Part shown: positions 11,501 to 24,499 of the stretch, in pieces
Numbering within the stretch: the first letter of the stretch is position 1
Layout of the letters: every line of letters begins with the position of its first letter
Source of the DNA: Camelus dromedarius
Taxonomy: Eukaryota
DNA length: 64,000 nucleotides
Assembly: GCF_036321535.1 (NCBI RefSeq)
Contig: NC_087436.1
Span: 3,596,001-3,660,000, forward strand
Reading direction: 5' to 3'
Notes under the pieces: model-generated
Databases searched by the model: none
What the model saw: only the letters and a program-made list of their open reading frames with translations
What the model was told of the DNA's origin: nothing
Made by a program: the position numbers and the translations under genes

Positions 11501-14500
11501 GAAAAGAAACTTTGTGTTCCCAACAAGCTAGGTGAAGGACGGCTTTCACGCACACTTATCTCTCAGAACTGAGCATGTGGAGAGACGTTCGTTCATCTAG
11601 CACAAAGGGAACTGTTTGAAAGAGAAAATTTTACTCTGGTTTTTCAGTCTGTTTCCTAGTGCCGGTTTGATTTTCCTGCAGTTTTCACTTTAAAACCGAG
11701 TTTGAGCTAGTACCTCCCCATATATATATATGGAGTGGAGTTTGCAACTGAAAAGAAACTTTGTGTTCCCATCAAGCAAGGTGAAGGACGGCATTCAGAC
11801 ACAATTATCTCTCAGAACTGAGCATGTGGAGAGACGTTCGTTCATCTAGCACAAAGGGAACGGTTTGCTGGAGAAACTTTTACTCTGGTTTCTCAGTCTG
11901 TTTCCTAGTGCCGGTTTGAAGTTCCTGCAGTTTTCACTGTAAAACCGAGTTGGACTAGTACCTCCCCATATATATGTATGGAGTGGAGTTTTCAAGTGAA
12001 AAGAAACTTTGTGTTCCCAAAAAGCTAGGTGAAGAACGGCTTTCACACACAATTATCTCTCAGAACTGAGCATGTGGAGAGACGTTCGTTCATCTAGCAC
12101 AAACGGAACGGGTTGTAGGAGAAACTTTTACTCTGGTTTCTCAGTCTGTTTCCTAGTGCCTGTTTGAAGTTCCTGCAGTTTTCACTGTAAAACCGAGTTG
12201 GAGCTTGTACCTCCCCATATATATGTATGGAGTGGAGTTTGCAAGTGAAAAGAAACTTTGAGTTCCCAACAAGCTAGGTGAAGGACGGCTTTCACACACA
12301 CTTATCTCTCAGAACTGAGCATGTGGAAAGACGTTCGTTCATCTAGCACAAGGGGAACGGGTTGCAGGAGAAACTTTTACTCTGGATTCTTAGTCTATTT
12401 CCAAGTGCCGGTTTGAAGTTAATGCAGTTTTCACTGTAAAACCGAGTTGGAGCTAGTACCTCCCCATATATATGTATGGAATGTAGTTTGCAACTGAAAA
12501 GATACTTTGTGTTCCCAATAAGCTAGGTGAAGGACGGCTTTCACACACACTTATCTCTCAGAACTGAGCATGTGGAGAGACGTTCGTTCATCTAGCATAA
12601 AGGACTTGGTTGCAGGAGAAAATTTTACTCTGGTTTCTCAATCTGTTTCCTATTGCCGGTTTGAAGTTCCTGCAGTTTTCACTGTAAACCCGAGTTGGAG
12701 CTCTTACCTCACCATATATATGTAAGGAGTGGAGTTTGCAAGGGAAAAGAATCTTTGTGTTCCCAATAAGCTAGGTGAAGGACGGCTTTCACACACACTT
12801 ATCTCTCAGAACTGAGCATGAGGAGAGACGTTCGTTCATCTAGCACAAAGGGAACGGTTTGCTTAATAAACTTTACTCTGGTTTCTCAGTCTGTTTCCTA
12901 GTGCCGGTTTGAAGTTCCTGCAGTTTTCACTGTAAAACCGAGTTGGAGCTTGTTCCTCCCCATATATATGTATGGAGTGGAGTTTTCAAGTGAAAAGAAA
13001 CTTTGTGTTCCCAAAAACTAGGTGAAGGACGGCTTTCACACACAAATATCTCTCAGAACTGAGCATGTGGAGAGACGTTCGTTCATCTAGCACAAAGGGA
13101 ACGGGTTGCAGGAGAAACTTTTACTCTGGTTTCTCAGTCTGTTTCCTAGTGCCGGTTTGAAGTTCCTGCAGTTTTCACTGTAAAACCGAGTTGGAGCTAG
13201 TACCTCCCCATATATATGTATGGAGTGGAATTTGCAAGTGAAAAGAAACTTTGAGTTCCCAACAAGCTAGGTGAAGGACGGCTTTCACACACACTTATCT
13301 CTCAGAACTGAGCATGTGGAAAGACGTTCGTTCATCTAGCACAAGGGGAACGGGTTGCAGGAGAAACTTTTACTCTGGTATCTCAGTCTGTTTCCTAGTG
13401 CCGGTTTGAAGTTCCTGCAGTTTTCACTGTAAAACCGAGTTGGAGCTAGAACCTCCCCATATATATGTATGGATTGGAGTTTGCAACTGAAAAGAAACTT
13501 TGTGTTCCCAATAAGCAAGGTGAAGGACGGCTTTCACACACACTTATCTCTCAGAACTGAGCATGTGGAGAGACGCTCGTTCATCTAGCACAAAGGATCT
13601 GTTTGCAAGAGAAACTTTTACTCTGGTTTCTCAATCTGTTTCCTATTGCCGGTTTGAAGTTCCTGCAGTTTTCACTGTAAACCCGAGTTGGAGCTCTTAC
13701 CTCGCCATATATATGTATGGAGTGGAGTTTGCAAGGGAAAAGAATCTTTGTGTTCCCAACAAGCTAGGTGAAGGACGGCTTTCACACACACTTATCTCTC
13801 AGAACTTAGCAGGTGGAGAGACGTTCGTTCATCTAGCACAAATGGAACGGGTTGCAGGAGAAACATTTACTCTGGTTTCTCAGTCTTTTTCCTAGTGCCA
13901 GTTTGAAATTCCTTCAATTTTCACTGTGAAACCGATTTGGAGCTAGTACCTCCCCATATATATGAATGGAGTGGGGTTTGCAAGTGAAAAGAAGCTTCGT
14001 GTTCCCAACAAGCTAGGTGAAGGACGGCTTTCACACACACTTATCTCTCAGAACTGAGCATGTGGAGAGACGTTCATTCATCTAGCACAAATTGAACGGG
14101 TTGCAGGAGAAACTTTTACTCTGGTTTCTCAGTCTGTTTCCTAGTTCCGGTTGGAAGTTCCTGCAGTTTTCACTGTAAAACAGAGTTGGAGCTAGTACTT
14201 CATCATATATATGTATGGAGTGGAGTTTGCAACTGAAAAGAAACTTTGTGTTCCCAACAAGCTAGGTGAAGGAACGCTTCCACACGCACTTATCTCTCAG
14301 AATTGAGCATGTGCAGAGACGTTCGTTCATCTAGCACAAAGGGAAATGTTTGCAGGGGAAAATTTTACTCTGGTTTCTCAGTCTGTTTCCTAGTGCCGGT
14401 TTGAATTTCCTGCAGTTTTCACTTTAAAACCGAGTTTGAGCTAGTACCTCCCCATATATATGTATGGAGTGGAGTTTGCAACTGAAAAGAAACTTTGTGT

Positions 14501-17500
14501 TCCCATCAAGCAACTTGAAGGCGGCTTTCAAACACAATTATCTCTCAGAACTGAGCATGTGGAGAGACGTTCGTTCATCTAGCACAAAGGGAACGGTTTG
14601 CTGGAGAAACTTTTACTCTGTTTTCTCAGTCTGTTTCCTAGTGCCGGTTTGAAGTTCCTGCAGTTTTCACTGTAAAACCGAGTTGGAGCTTGTACCTCCC
14701 CATATATACGTATGGAGTGGAGTTTTCAAGTGAAAAGAAACTTTGAGTTCCCAAAAAGCTAGGTAAATGACGGCTTTCACACACAATTATCTCTCAGAAC
14801 TGAGCATGTGGAGAGACGTTCGTTCATCTAGCACAAACGGAACGGGTTGTAGGAGAAACTTTTACTCTGGTTTCTCAGTCTGTTTCCTAGTGCCGGTGTG
14901 AAGTTCCTGCAATTTTCACTGTAAAATCGATTTGGAGCTTGTACCTCCCCATATATATGTATGGAGTGGATTTTCCAAGTGAAAAGAAACTTTGTGTTCC
15001 CAACAAGCTAAGTGAAGAACGGCTTTCACACACACTTATCTCTCAGAACTAAGCATGTGGAGAGAGGTTCGTTCATCTAGCACAAAGGGAACGGGTTGCA
15101 GGAGAAACTTTTACTCTGGTTTCTCAGTCTGTTTCCTAGTGCCGGTTTGAAGTTCGTGCAGTTTTCACTGTAAAACCGAGTTGGACTAGTACCTCCCCAT
15201 ATATATGTATGGAGTGGAGTTTGCAAGTGAAAAGAAACTTTGTGTTCCCAACAAGTTAGGTGAAGGACGGCTTTCACACACATTTACCTCTCAGAACTGA
15301 GCATGTGAAAAGACGTTCGTTCATCTAGCACAAGGGGAACGGGTTGCAGGAGAAACTTTTACTCTGGATTCTTAGTCTATTTCCTAGTGCCGGTTTGAAG
15401 TTAATGCATTTTTCACTGTAAAACCGAGTTGGAGCTAGTACCTCCCCATATATATGTATGGAATGTAGTTTGCAACTGAAAAGAAACTTTGTGTTCCCAA
15501 CAAGCTAGGTGAAGGACGGCTTTCACGCACACTTATCTCTCAGAACTGAGCATGTGGAGAGACGTTCGTTCATCTAGCACAAAGGGAACTGTTTGAAAGA
15601 GAAAATTTTACTCTGGTTTTTCAGTCTGTTTCCTAGTGCCGGTTTGATTTTCCTGCAGTTTTCACTTTAAAACCGAGTTTGAGCTAGTACCTCCCCATAT
15701 ATATATATGGAGTGGAGTTTGCAACTGAAAAGAAACTTTGTGTTCCCATCAAGCAAGGTGAAGGACGGCATTCAGACACAATTATCTCTCAGAACTGAGC
15801 ATGTGGAGAGACGTTCGTTCATCTAGCACAAAGGGAACGGTTTGCTGGAGAAACTTTTACTCTGGTTTCTCAGTCTGTTTCCTAGTGCCGGTTTGAAGTT
15901 CCTGCAGTTTTCACTGTAAAACCGAGTTGGACTAGTACCTCCCCATATATATGTATGGAGTGGAGTTTTCAAGTGAAAAGAAACTTTGTGTTCCCAAAAA
16001 GCTAGGTGAAGAACGGCTTTCACACACAATTATCTCTCAGAACTGAGCATGTGGAGAGACGTTCGTTCATCTAGCACAAACGGAACGGGTTGTAGGAGAA
16101 ACTTTTACTCTGGTTTCTCAGTCTGTTTCCTAGTGCCTGTTTGAAGTTCCTGCAGTTTTCACTGTAAAACCGAGTTGGAGCTTGTACCTCCCCATATATA
16201 TGTATGGAGTGGAGTTTGCAAGTGAAAAGAAACTTTGAGTTCCCAACAAGCTAGGTGAAGGACGGCTTTCACACACACTTATCTCTCAGAACTGAGCATG
16301 TGGAAAGACGTTCGTTCATCTAGCACAAGGGGAACGGGTTGCAGGAGAAACTTTTACTCTGGATTCTTAGTCTATTTCCAAGTGCCGGTTTGAAGTTAAT
16401 GCAGTTTTCACTGTAAAACCGAGTTGGAGCTAGTACCTCCCCATATATATGTATGGAATGTAGTTTGCAACTGAAAAGATACTTTGTGTTCCCAATAAGC
16501 TAGGTGAAGGACGGCTTTCACACACACTTATCTCTCAGAACTGAGCATGTGGAGAGACGTTCGTTCATCTAGCATAAAGGACTTGGTTGCAGGAGAAAAT
16601 TTTACTCTGGTTTCTCAATCTGTTTCCTATTGCCGGTTTGAAGTTCCTGCAGTTTTCACTGTAAACCCGAGTTGGAGCTCTTACCTCACCATATATATGT
16701 AAGGAGTGGAGTTTGCAAGGGAAAAGAATCTTTGTGTTCCCAATAAGCTAGGTGAAGGACGGCTTTCACACACACTTATCTCTCAGAACTGAGCATGAGG
16801 AGAGACGTTCGTTCATCTAGCACAAAGGGAACGGTTTGCTTAATAAACTTTACTCTGGTTTCTCAGTCTGTTTCCTAGTGCCGGTTTGAAGTTCCTGCAG
16901 TTTTCACTGTAAAACCGAGTTGGAGCTTGTTCCTCCCCATATATATGTATGGAGTGGAGTTTTCAAGTGAAAAGAAACTTTGTGTTCCCAAAAACTAGGT
17001 GAAGGACGGCTTTCACACACAAATATCTCTCAGAACTGAGCATGTGGAGAGACGTTCGTTCATCTAGCACAAAGGGAACGGGTTGCAGGAGAAACTTTTA
17101 CTCTGGTTTCTCAGTCTGTTTCCTAGTGCCGGTTTGAAGTTCCTGCAGTTTTCACTGTAAAACCGAGTTGGAGCTAGTACCTCCCCATATATATGTATGG
17201 AGTGGAATTTGCAAGTGAAAAGAAACTTTGAGTTCCCAACAAGCTAGGTGAAGGACGGCTTTCACACACACTTATCTCTCAGAACTGAGCATGTGGAAAG
17301 ACGTTCGTTCATCTAGCACAAGGGGAACGGGTTGCAGGAGAAACTTTTACTCTGGTATCTCAGTCTGTTTCCTAGTGCCGGTTTGAAGTTCCTGCAGTTT
17401 TCACTGTAAAACCGAGTTGGAGCTAGAACCTCCCCATATATATGTATGGATTGGAGTTTGCAACTGAAAAGAAACTTTGTGTTCCCAATAAGCAAGGTGA

Positions 17501-19113
17501 AGGACGGCTTTCACACACACTTATCTCTCAGAACTGAGCATGTGGAGAGACGCTCGTTCATCTAGCACAAAGGATCTGTTTGCAAGAGAAACTTTTACTC
17601 TGGTTTCTCAATCTGTTTCCTATTGCCGGTTTGAAGTTCCTGCAGTTTTCACTGTAAACCCGAGTTGGAGCTCTTACCTCGCCATATATATGTATGGAGT
17701 GGAGTTTGCAAGGGAAAAGAATCTTTGTGTTCCCAACAAGCTAGGTGAAGGACGGCTTTCACACACACTTATCTCTCAGAACTTAGCAGGTGGAGAGACG
17801 TTCGTTCATCTAGCACAAATGGAACGGGTTGCAGGAGAAACATTTACTCTGGTTTCTCAGTCTTTTTCCTAGTGCCAGTTTGAAATTCCTTCAATTTTCA
17901 CTGTGAAACCGATTTGGAGCTAGTACCTCCCCATATATATGAATGGAGTGGGGTTTGCAAGTGAAAAGAAGCTTCGTGTTCCCAACAAGCTAGGTGAAGG
18001 ACGGCTTTCACACACACTTATCTCTCAGAACTGAGCATGTGGAGAGACGTTCATTCATCTAGCACAAATTGAACGGGTTGCAGGAGAAACTTTTACTCTG
18101 GTTTCTCAGTCTGTTTCCTAGTTCCGGTTGGAAGTTCCTGCAGTTTTCACTGTAAAACAGAGTTGGAGCTAGTACTTCATCATATATATGTATGGAGTGG
18201 AGTTTGCAACTGAAAAGAAACTTTGTGTTCCCAACAAGCTAGGTGAAGGAACGCTTCCACACGCACTTATCTCTCAGAATTGAGCATGTGCAGAGACGTT
18301 CGTTCATCTAGCACAAAGGGAAATGTTTGCAGGGGAAAATTTTACTCTGGTTTCTCAGTCTGTTTCCTAGTGCCGGTTTGAATTTCCTGCAGTTTTCACT
18401 TTAAAACCGAGTTTGAGCTAGTACCTCCCCATATATATGTATGGAGTGGAGTTTGCAACTGAAAAGAAACTTTGTGTTCCCATCAAGCAACTTGAAGGCG
18501 GCTTTCAAACACAATTATCTCTCAGAACTGAGCATGTGGAGAGACGTTCGTTCATCTAGCACAAAGGGAACGGTTTGCTGGAGAAACTTTTACTCTGTTT
18601 TCTCAGTCTGTTTCCTAGTGCCGGTTTGAAGTTCCTGCAGTTTTCACTGTAAAACCGAGTTGGAGCTTGTACCTCCCCATATATACGTATGGAGTGGAGT
18701 TTTCAAGTGAAAAGAAACTTTGAGTTCCCAAAAAGCTAGGTAAATGACGGCTTTCACACACAATTATCTCTCAGAACTGAGCATGTGGAGAGACGTTCGT
18801 TCATCTAGCACAAACGGAACGGGTTGTAGGAGAAACTTTTACTCTGGTTTCTCAGTCTGTTTCCTAGTGCCGGTGTGAAGTTCCTGCAATTTTCACTGTA
18901 AAATCGATTTGGAGCTTGTACCTCCCCATATATATGTATGGAGTGGATTTTCCAAGTGAAAAGAAACTTTGTGTTCCCAACAAGCTAAGTGAAGAACGGC
19001 TTTCACACACACTTATCTCTCAGAACTAAGCATGTGGAGAGAGGTTCGTTCATCTAGCACAAAGGGAACGGGTTGCAGGAGAAACTTTTACTCTGGTTTC
19101 TCAGTCTGTTTCC
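11120..19113. repeat. Near-identical tandem duplication of a 16-monomer unit (3977 bp)
   Basis: Identical translated ORF pairs offset by 3977: 11846/15823, 13336/17313, 13563/17540, 14464/18441. Both copies share the GTTGGACTAG 1-bp deletion, and CTTAGCAGGTGG sits at 13805 and 17782. Confidence 0.95.
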
Positions 19114-22100
19114 AAGTGCCGGTTGGAATTTCCTGCAGTTTTCACTTTAAAACCGAGTTTGAGCTAGTACCTCCCCATATATATGTATGGAGTGGAGTTT
19201 GCAACTGAAAAGAAACTTTGTGTCCCCATCAAGCAAGGTGCAGGACGGCATTCAAACACAATTATCTCTCAGAACTGAGCATGTGGAGAGACGTTCGTTC
19301 ATCTAGCACAAAGGGAACGGTTTGCTGGAGAAACTTTTACTCTGGTTTCTCAGTCTGTTTCCTAGTGCCGGTTTGAAGTTCCTGCAGTTTACACTGTAAA
19401 ACCGAGTTGGAGCTTGTACCTCCCCATATATATATATGGAGTGGAGTTTGCAAGTGAAAAGAAACTTTGAGTTCCCAACAAGCTTGGTGAAGGACGGCTT
19501 TCACACACACTTATCTCTCAGAACTGAGCATGTGGAAAGACGTTCGTTCATCTAGCACAAGGGGAACGGGTTGCAGGAGAAACTTTTACTCTGGATTCTT
19601 AGTCTATTTCCTAGTGCCGGTTTGAAGTTAATGCAGTTTTCACTGTAAAACCGTGTTGGAGATAGAACCTCCCCATATATATGTATGGATTGGAGTTTGC
19701 AACTGAAAAGAAACTTTGTGTTCCCAATAAGCAATTTGAAGGACGGCTTTCACACACACTTATCTCTCAGAACTGAGCATGTGGAGAGACGGTCGTTCAT
19801 CTAGCACAAAGGAACTTGTTGCAGGAGAAACTTTTACTCTGGTTTCTCAATCTGTTTCCTATTGCCGGTTTGAAGTTCCTGCAGTTTTCACTGTAAACCC
19901 GAGTTGGAGCTCTTACCTCGCCATATATATGTATGGAGTGGAGTTTGCAAGGGAAAAGAATCTTTGTGTTCCCAAAAAGCTAGGTGAAGGACGGCTTTCA
20001 CACACACTTATCTCTCAGAACTTAGCAGGTGGAGAGACGTTCGTTCATCTAGCACAAATGGAACGGGTTGCAGGAGAAACATTTACTCTGGTTTCTCAGT
20101 CTTTTTCCTAGTGCCAGTTTGAAATTCCTTCAATTTTCACTGTGAAACCGATTTGGAGCTAGTACCTCCCCATATATATGAATGGAGTGGGGTTGGCAAG
20201 TGAAAAGAAGCTTCGTGTTCCCAACAAGCTAGGTGAAGGACGGCTTTCACACACACTTATCTCTCAGAACTGAGCATGTGGAGAGACGTTCATTCATCTA
20301 GCACAAATTGAACGGGTTGCAGGAGAAACTTTTACTCTGGTTTCTCAGTCTGTTTCCTAGTTCCGGTTGGAAGTTCCTGCAGTTTTCACTGTAAAACCGA
20401 GTTGGAGCTAGTACTTCATCATATATATGTATGGAGTGGAGTTTGCAACTGAAAAGAAACTTTGTGTTCCCAACAAGCTAGGTGAAGGAACGCTTCCACA
20501 CGCACTTATCTCTCAGAATTGAGCATGTGCAGAGACGTTCGTTCATCTAGCACAAAGGGAAATGTTTGCAGGGGAAAATTTTACTCTGGTTTCTCAGTCT
20601 GTTTCCTAGTGCCGGTTTGAATTTCCTGCAGTTTTCACTTTAAAACCGAGTTTGAGCTAGTACCTCCCCATATATATGTATGGAGTGGAGTTTGCAACTG
20701 AAAAGAAACTTTGTGTTCCCATCAAGCAAGTTGAAGGCGGCTTTCAAACACAATTATCTCTCAGAACTGAGCATGTGGAGAGACGTTCGTTCATCTAGCA
20801 CAAAGGGAACGGTTTGCTGGAGAAACTTTTACTCTGTTTTCTCAGTCTGTTTCCTAGTGCCGGTTTGAAGTTCCTGCAGTTTTCACTGTAAAACCGAGTT
20901 GGAGCTTGTACCTCCCCATATATACGTATGGAGTGGAGTTTTCAAGTGAAAAGAAACTTTGTGTTCCCAAAAAGCTAGGTAAATGACGGCTTTCACACAC
21001 AATTATCTCTCAGAACTGAGCATGTGGAGAGACGTTCGTTCATCTAGCACAAACGGAACGGGTTGTAGGAGAAACTTTTACTCTGGTTTCTCAGTCTGTT
21101 TCCTAGTGCCGGTGTGAAGTTCCTGCAATTTTCACTGTAAAATCGATTTGGAGCTTGTACCTCCCCATATATATGTATGGAGTGGATTTTCCAAGTGAAA
21201 AGAAACTTTGTGTTCCCAACAAGCTAAGTGAAGAACGGCTTTCACACACACTTATCTCTCAGAACTAAGCATGTGGAGAGAGGTTCGTTCATCTAGCACA
21301 AAGGGAACGGGTTGCAGGAGAAACTTTTACTCTGGTTTCTCAGTCTGTTTCCAAGTGCCGGTTGGAATTTCCTGCAGTTTTCACTTTAAAACCGAGTTTG
21401 AGCTAGTACCTCCCCATATATATGTATGGAGTGGAGTTTGCAACTGAAAAGAAACTTTGTGTTCCCATCAAGCAAGGTGCAGGACGGCATTCAAACACAA
21501 TTATCTCTCAGAACTGAGCATGTGGAGAGACGTTCGTTCATCTAGCACAAAGGGAACGGTTTGCTGGAGAAACTTTTACTCTGGTTTCTCAGTCTGTTTC
21601 CTAGTGCCGGTTTGAAGTTCCTGCAGTTTACACTGTAAAACCGAGTTGGAGCTTGTACCTCCCCATATATATATATGGAGTGGAGTTTGCAAGTGAAAAG
21701 AAACTTTGAGTTCCCAACAAGCTTGGTGAAGGACGGCTTTCACACACACTTATCTCTCAGAACTGAGCATGTGGAAAGACGTTCGTTCATCTAGCACAAG
21801 GGGAACGGGTTGCAGGAGAAACTTTTACTCTGGATTCTTAGTCTATTTCCTAGTGCCGGTTTGAAGTTAATGCAGTTTTCACTGTAAAACCGTGTTGGAG
21901 ATAGAACCTCCCCATATATATGTATGGATTGGAGTTTGCAACTGAAAAGAAACTTTGTGTTCCCAATAAGCAATTTGAAGGACGGCTTTCACACACACTT
22001 ATCTCTCAGAACTGAGCATGTGGAGAGACGGTCGTTCATCTAGCACAAAGGAACTTGTTGCAGGAGAAACTTTTACTCTGGTTTCTCAATCTGTTTCCTA

Positions 22101-23590
22101 TTGCCGGTTTGAAGTTCCTGCAGTTTTCACTGTAAACCCGAGTTCGAGCTCTTACCTCGCCATATATATGTATGGAGTGGAGTTTGCAAGGGAAAAGAAT
22201 CTTTGTGTTCCCAACAAGCTAGGTGAAGGACGGCTTTCACACACACTTATCTCTCAGAACTTAGCAGGTGGAGAGACGTTCGTTCATCTAGCACAAATGG
22301 AACGGGTTGCAGGAGAAACATTTACTCTGGTTTCTCAGTCTTTTTCCTAGTGCCAGTTTGAAATTCCTTCAATTTTCACTGTGAAACCGATTTGGAGCTA
22401 GTACCTCCCCATATATATGAATGGAGTGGGGTTTGCAAGTGAAAAGAAGCTTCGTGTTCCCAACAAGCTAAGTGAAGGACGGCTTTCAGACACACTTATC
22501 TCTCAGAACTGAGCATGTGGAGAGACGTTCATTCATCTAGCACAAATTGAACGGGTTGCAGGAGAAACTATTACTCTGGTTTCTCAGTCTGTTTCCTAGT
22601 TCCGGTTGGAAGTTCCTGCAGTTTTCACTGTAAAACCGAGTTGGAGCTAGTACTTCATCATATATATGTATGGAGTGGAGTTTGCAACTGAAAAGAAACT
22701 TTGTGTTCCCAACAAGCTAGGTGAAGGAACGCTTCCACACGCACTTATCTCTCAGAATTGAGCATGTGGAGAGACGTTCGTTCATCTAGCACAAAGGGAA
22801 ATGTTTGCAGGAGAAAATTTTACTCTGGTTTCTCAGTCTGTTTCCTAGTGCCGGTTTGAATTTCCTGCAGTTTTCACTTTAAAACCGAGTTTGAGCTAGT
22901 ACCTCCCCATATATATGTATGGAGTGGAGTTTGCAACTGAAAAGAAACTTTGTGTTCCCATCAAGCAAGGTGAAGGCGGCTTTCAAACACAATTATCTCT
23001 CAGAACTGAGCATGTGGAGAGACGTTCGTTCATCTAGCACAAAGGGAACGGTTTGCTGGAGAAACTTTTACTCTGTTTTCTCAGTCTGTTTCCTAGTGCC
23101 GGTTTGAAGTTCCTGCAGTTTTCACTGTAAAACCGAGTTGGAGCTTGTACCTCCCCATATATACGTATGGAGTGGAGTTTTCAAGTGAAAAGAAACTTTG
23201 TGTTCCCAAAAAGCTAGGTGAAGGACGGCTTTCACACACAATTATCTCTCAGAACTGAGCATGTGGAGAGACGTTCGTTCATCTAGCACAAACGGAACGG
23301 GTTGTAGGAGAAATTTTACTCTGGTTTCTCAGTCTGTTTCCTAGTGCCGGTGTGAAGTTCCTGCAATTTTCACTGTAAAATCGATTTGGAGCTTGTACCT
23401 CCCCATATATATGTATGGAGTGGATTTTCCAAGTGAAAAGAAACTTTGTGTTCCCAACAAGCTAAGTGAAGAACGGCTTTCACACACACTTATCTCTCAG
23501 AACTGAGCATGTGGAGAGAGGTTCGTTCATCTAGCACAAAGGGAACGGGTTGCAGGAGAAACTTTTACTCTGGTTTCTCAGTCTGTTTCC
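17600..23590. repeat. 9-monomer higher-order repeat (2239 bp), about 2.7 copies
   Basis: CTTAGCAGGTGG at 17782, 20021 and 22260; CCAAGTGCCGGTTGG at 19112 and 21351; ORFs at 18441/20680/22919 are spaced 2239 apart. Confidence 0.92.
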
Positions 23591-24499
23591 TAGTGCCGGT
23601 TTGAAGTTCGTGCAGTTTTCACTGTAAAACCGAGTTGGAGCTAGTACCTCCCCATATATATGTATGGATTGGAGTTTGCAACTGAAAAGAAACTTTGTGT
23701 TCCCAATAAGCTAGGTGAAGGACGGCTTTCACACACACTTATCTCTCAGAACTGAGCATGTGGAGAGACGTTCGTTCATCTAGCACAAAGGGAACTGGTT
23801 GCAGGAGAAACTTTTACTCTGGTTTCTCAATCTGTTTCCTATTGCCGGTTTGAAGTTCCTGCAGTTTTCACTGTAAACCCGAGTTGGAGCTCTTACCTCG
23901 CCATATATATGTATGGAGTGTAGTTTGCAATTGAAAAGAATCTTTGTGTTCCCAACAAGCTAGGTGAAGGACGGCTTTCACACACACTTATCTCTCAGAA
24001 CTGAGCATGTGGAGAGACGTTCGTTCATCTAGCACAAATGGAACGGGTTGCAGGAGAAACTTTTACTCTGGTTTCTCAGTCTGTTTCCTAGTGCCAGTTT
24101 GAAATTCCTGCAATTTTCACTGTGAAACCGATTTGGAGCTAGTACCTCCCCATATATATGAATGGAGTGGAGTTTGCAAGTGAAAAGAAGCTTCGTGTTC
24201 CCAACAAGCTAGGTGAAAGACGGCTTTCACACACACTTATCTCTCAGAACACATCATGTGGATAGACGTTCGTTCAACTAGCACAAATTGAACGGGTTGC
24301 AGGAGAAACTATTACTCTGGTTTCTCAGTCTGTTTCCTAGTGCCGTTTTGAAGTTCCTGCAGTTTTCACTGTAAAACCGAATTGGAGCTAGTACATCCCC
24401 ATATATATGTATGAAGTAGAGTTTGCAACTGAAAAGAAACTTTGTGTTCCCAACAAGCTAGGTGAAGGACGGGTTTCACACAGACTTATCTCTCAGAAC

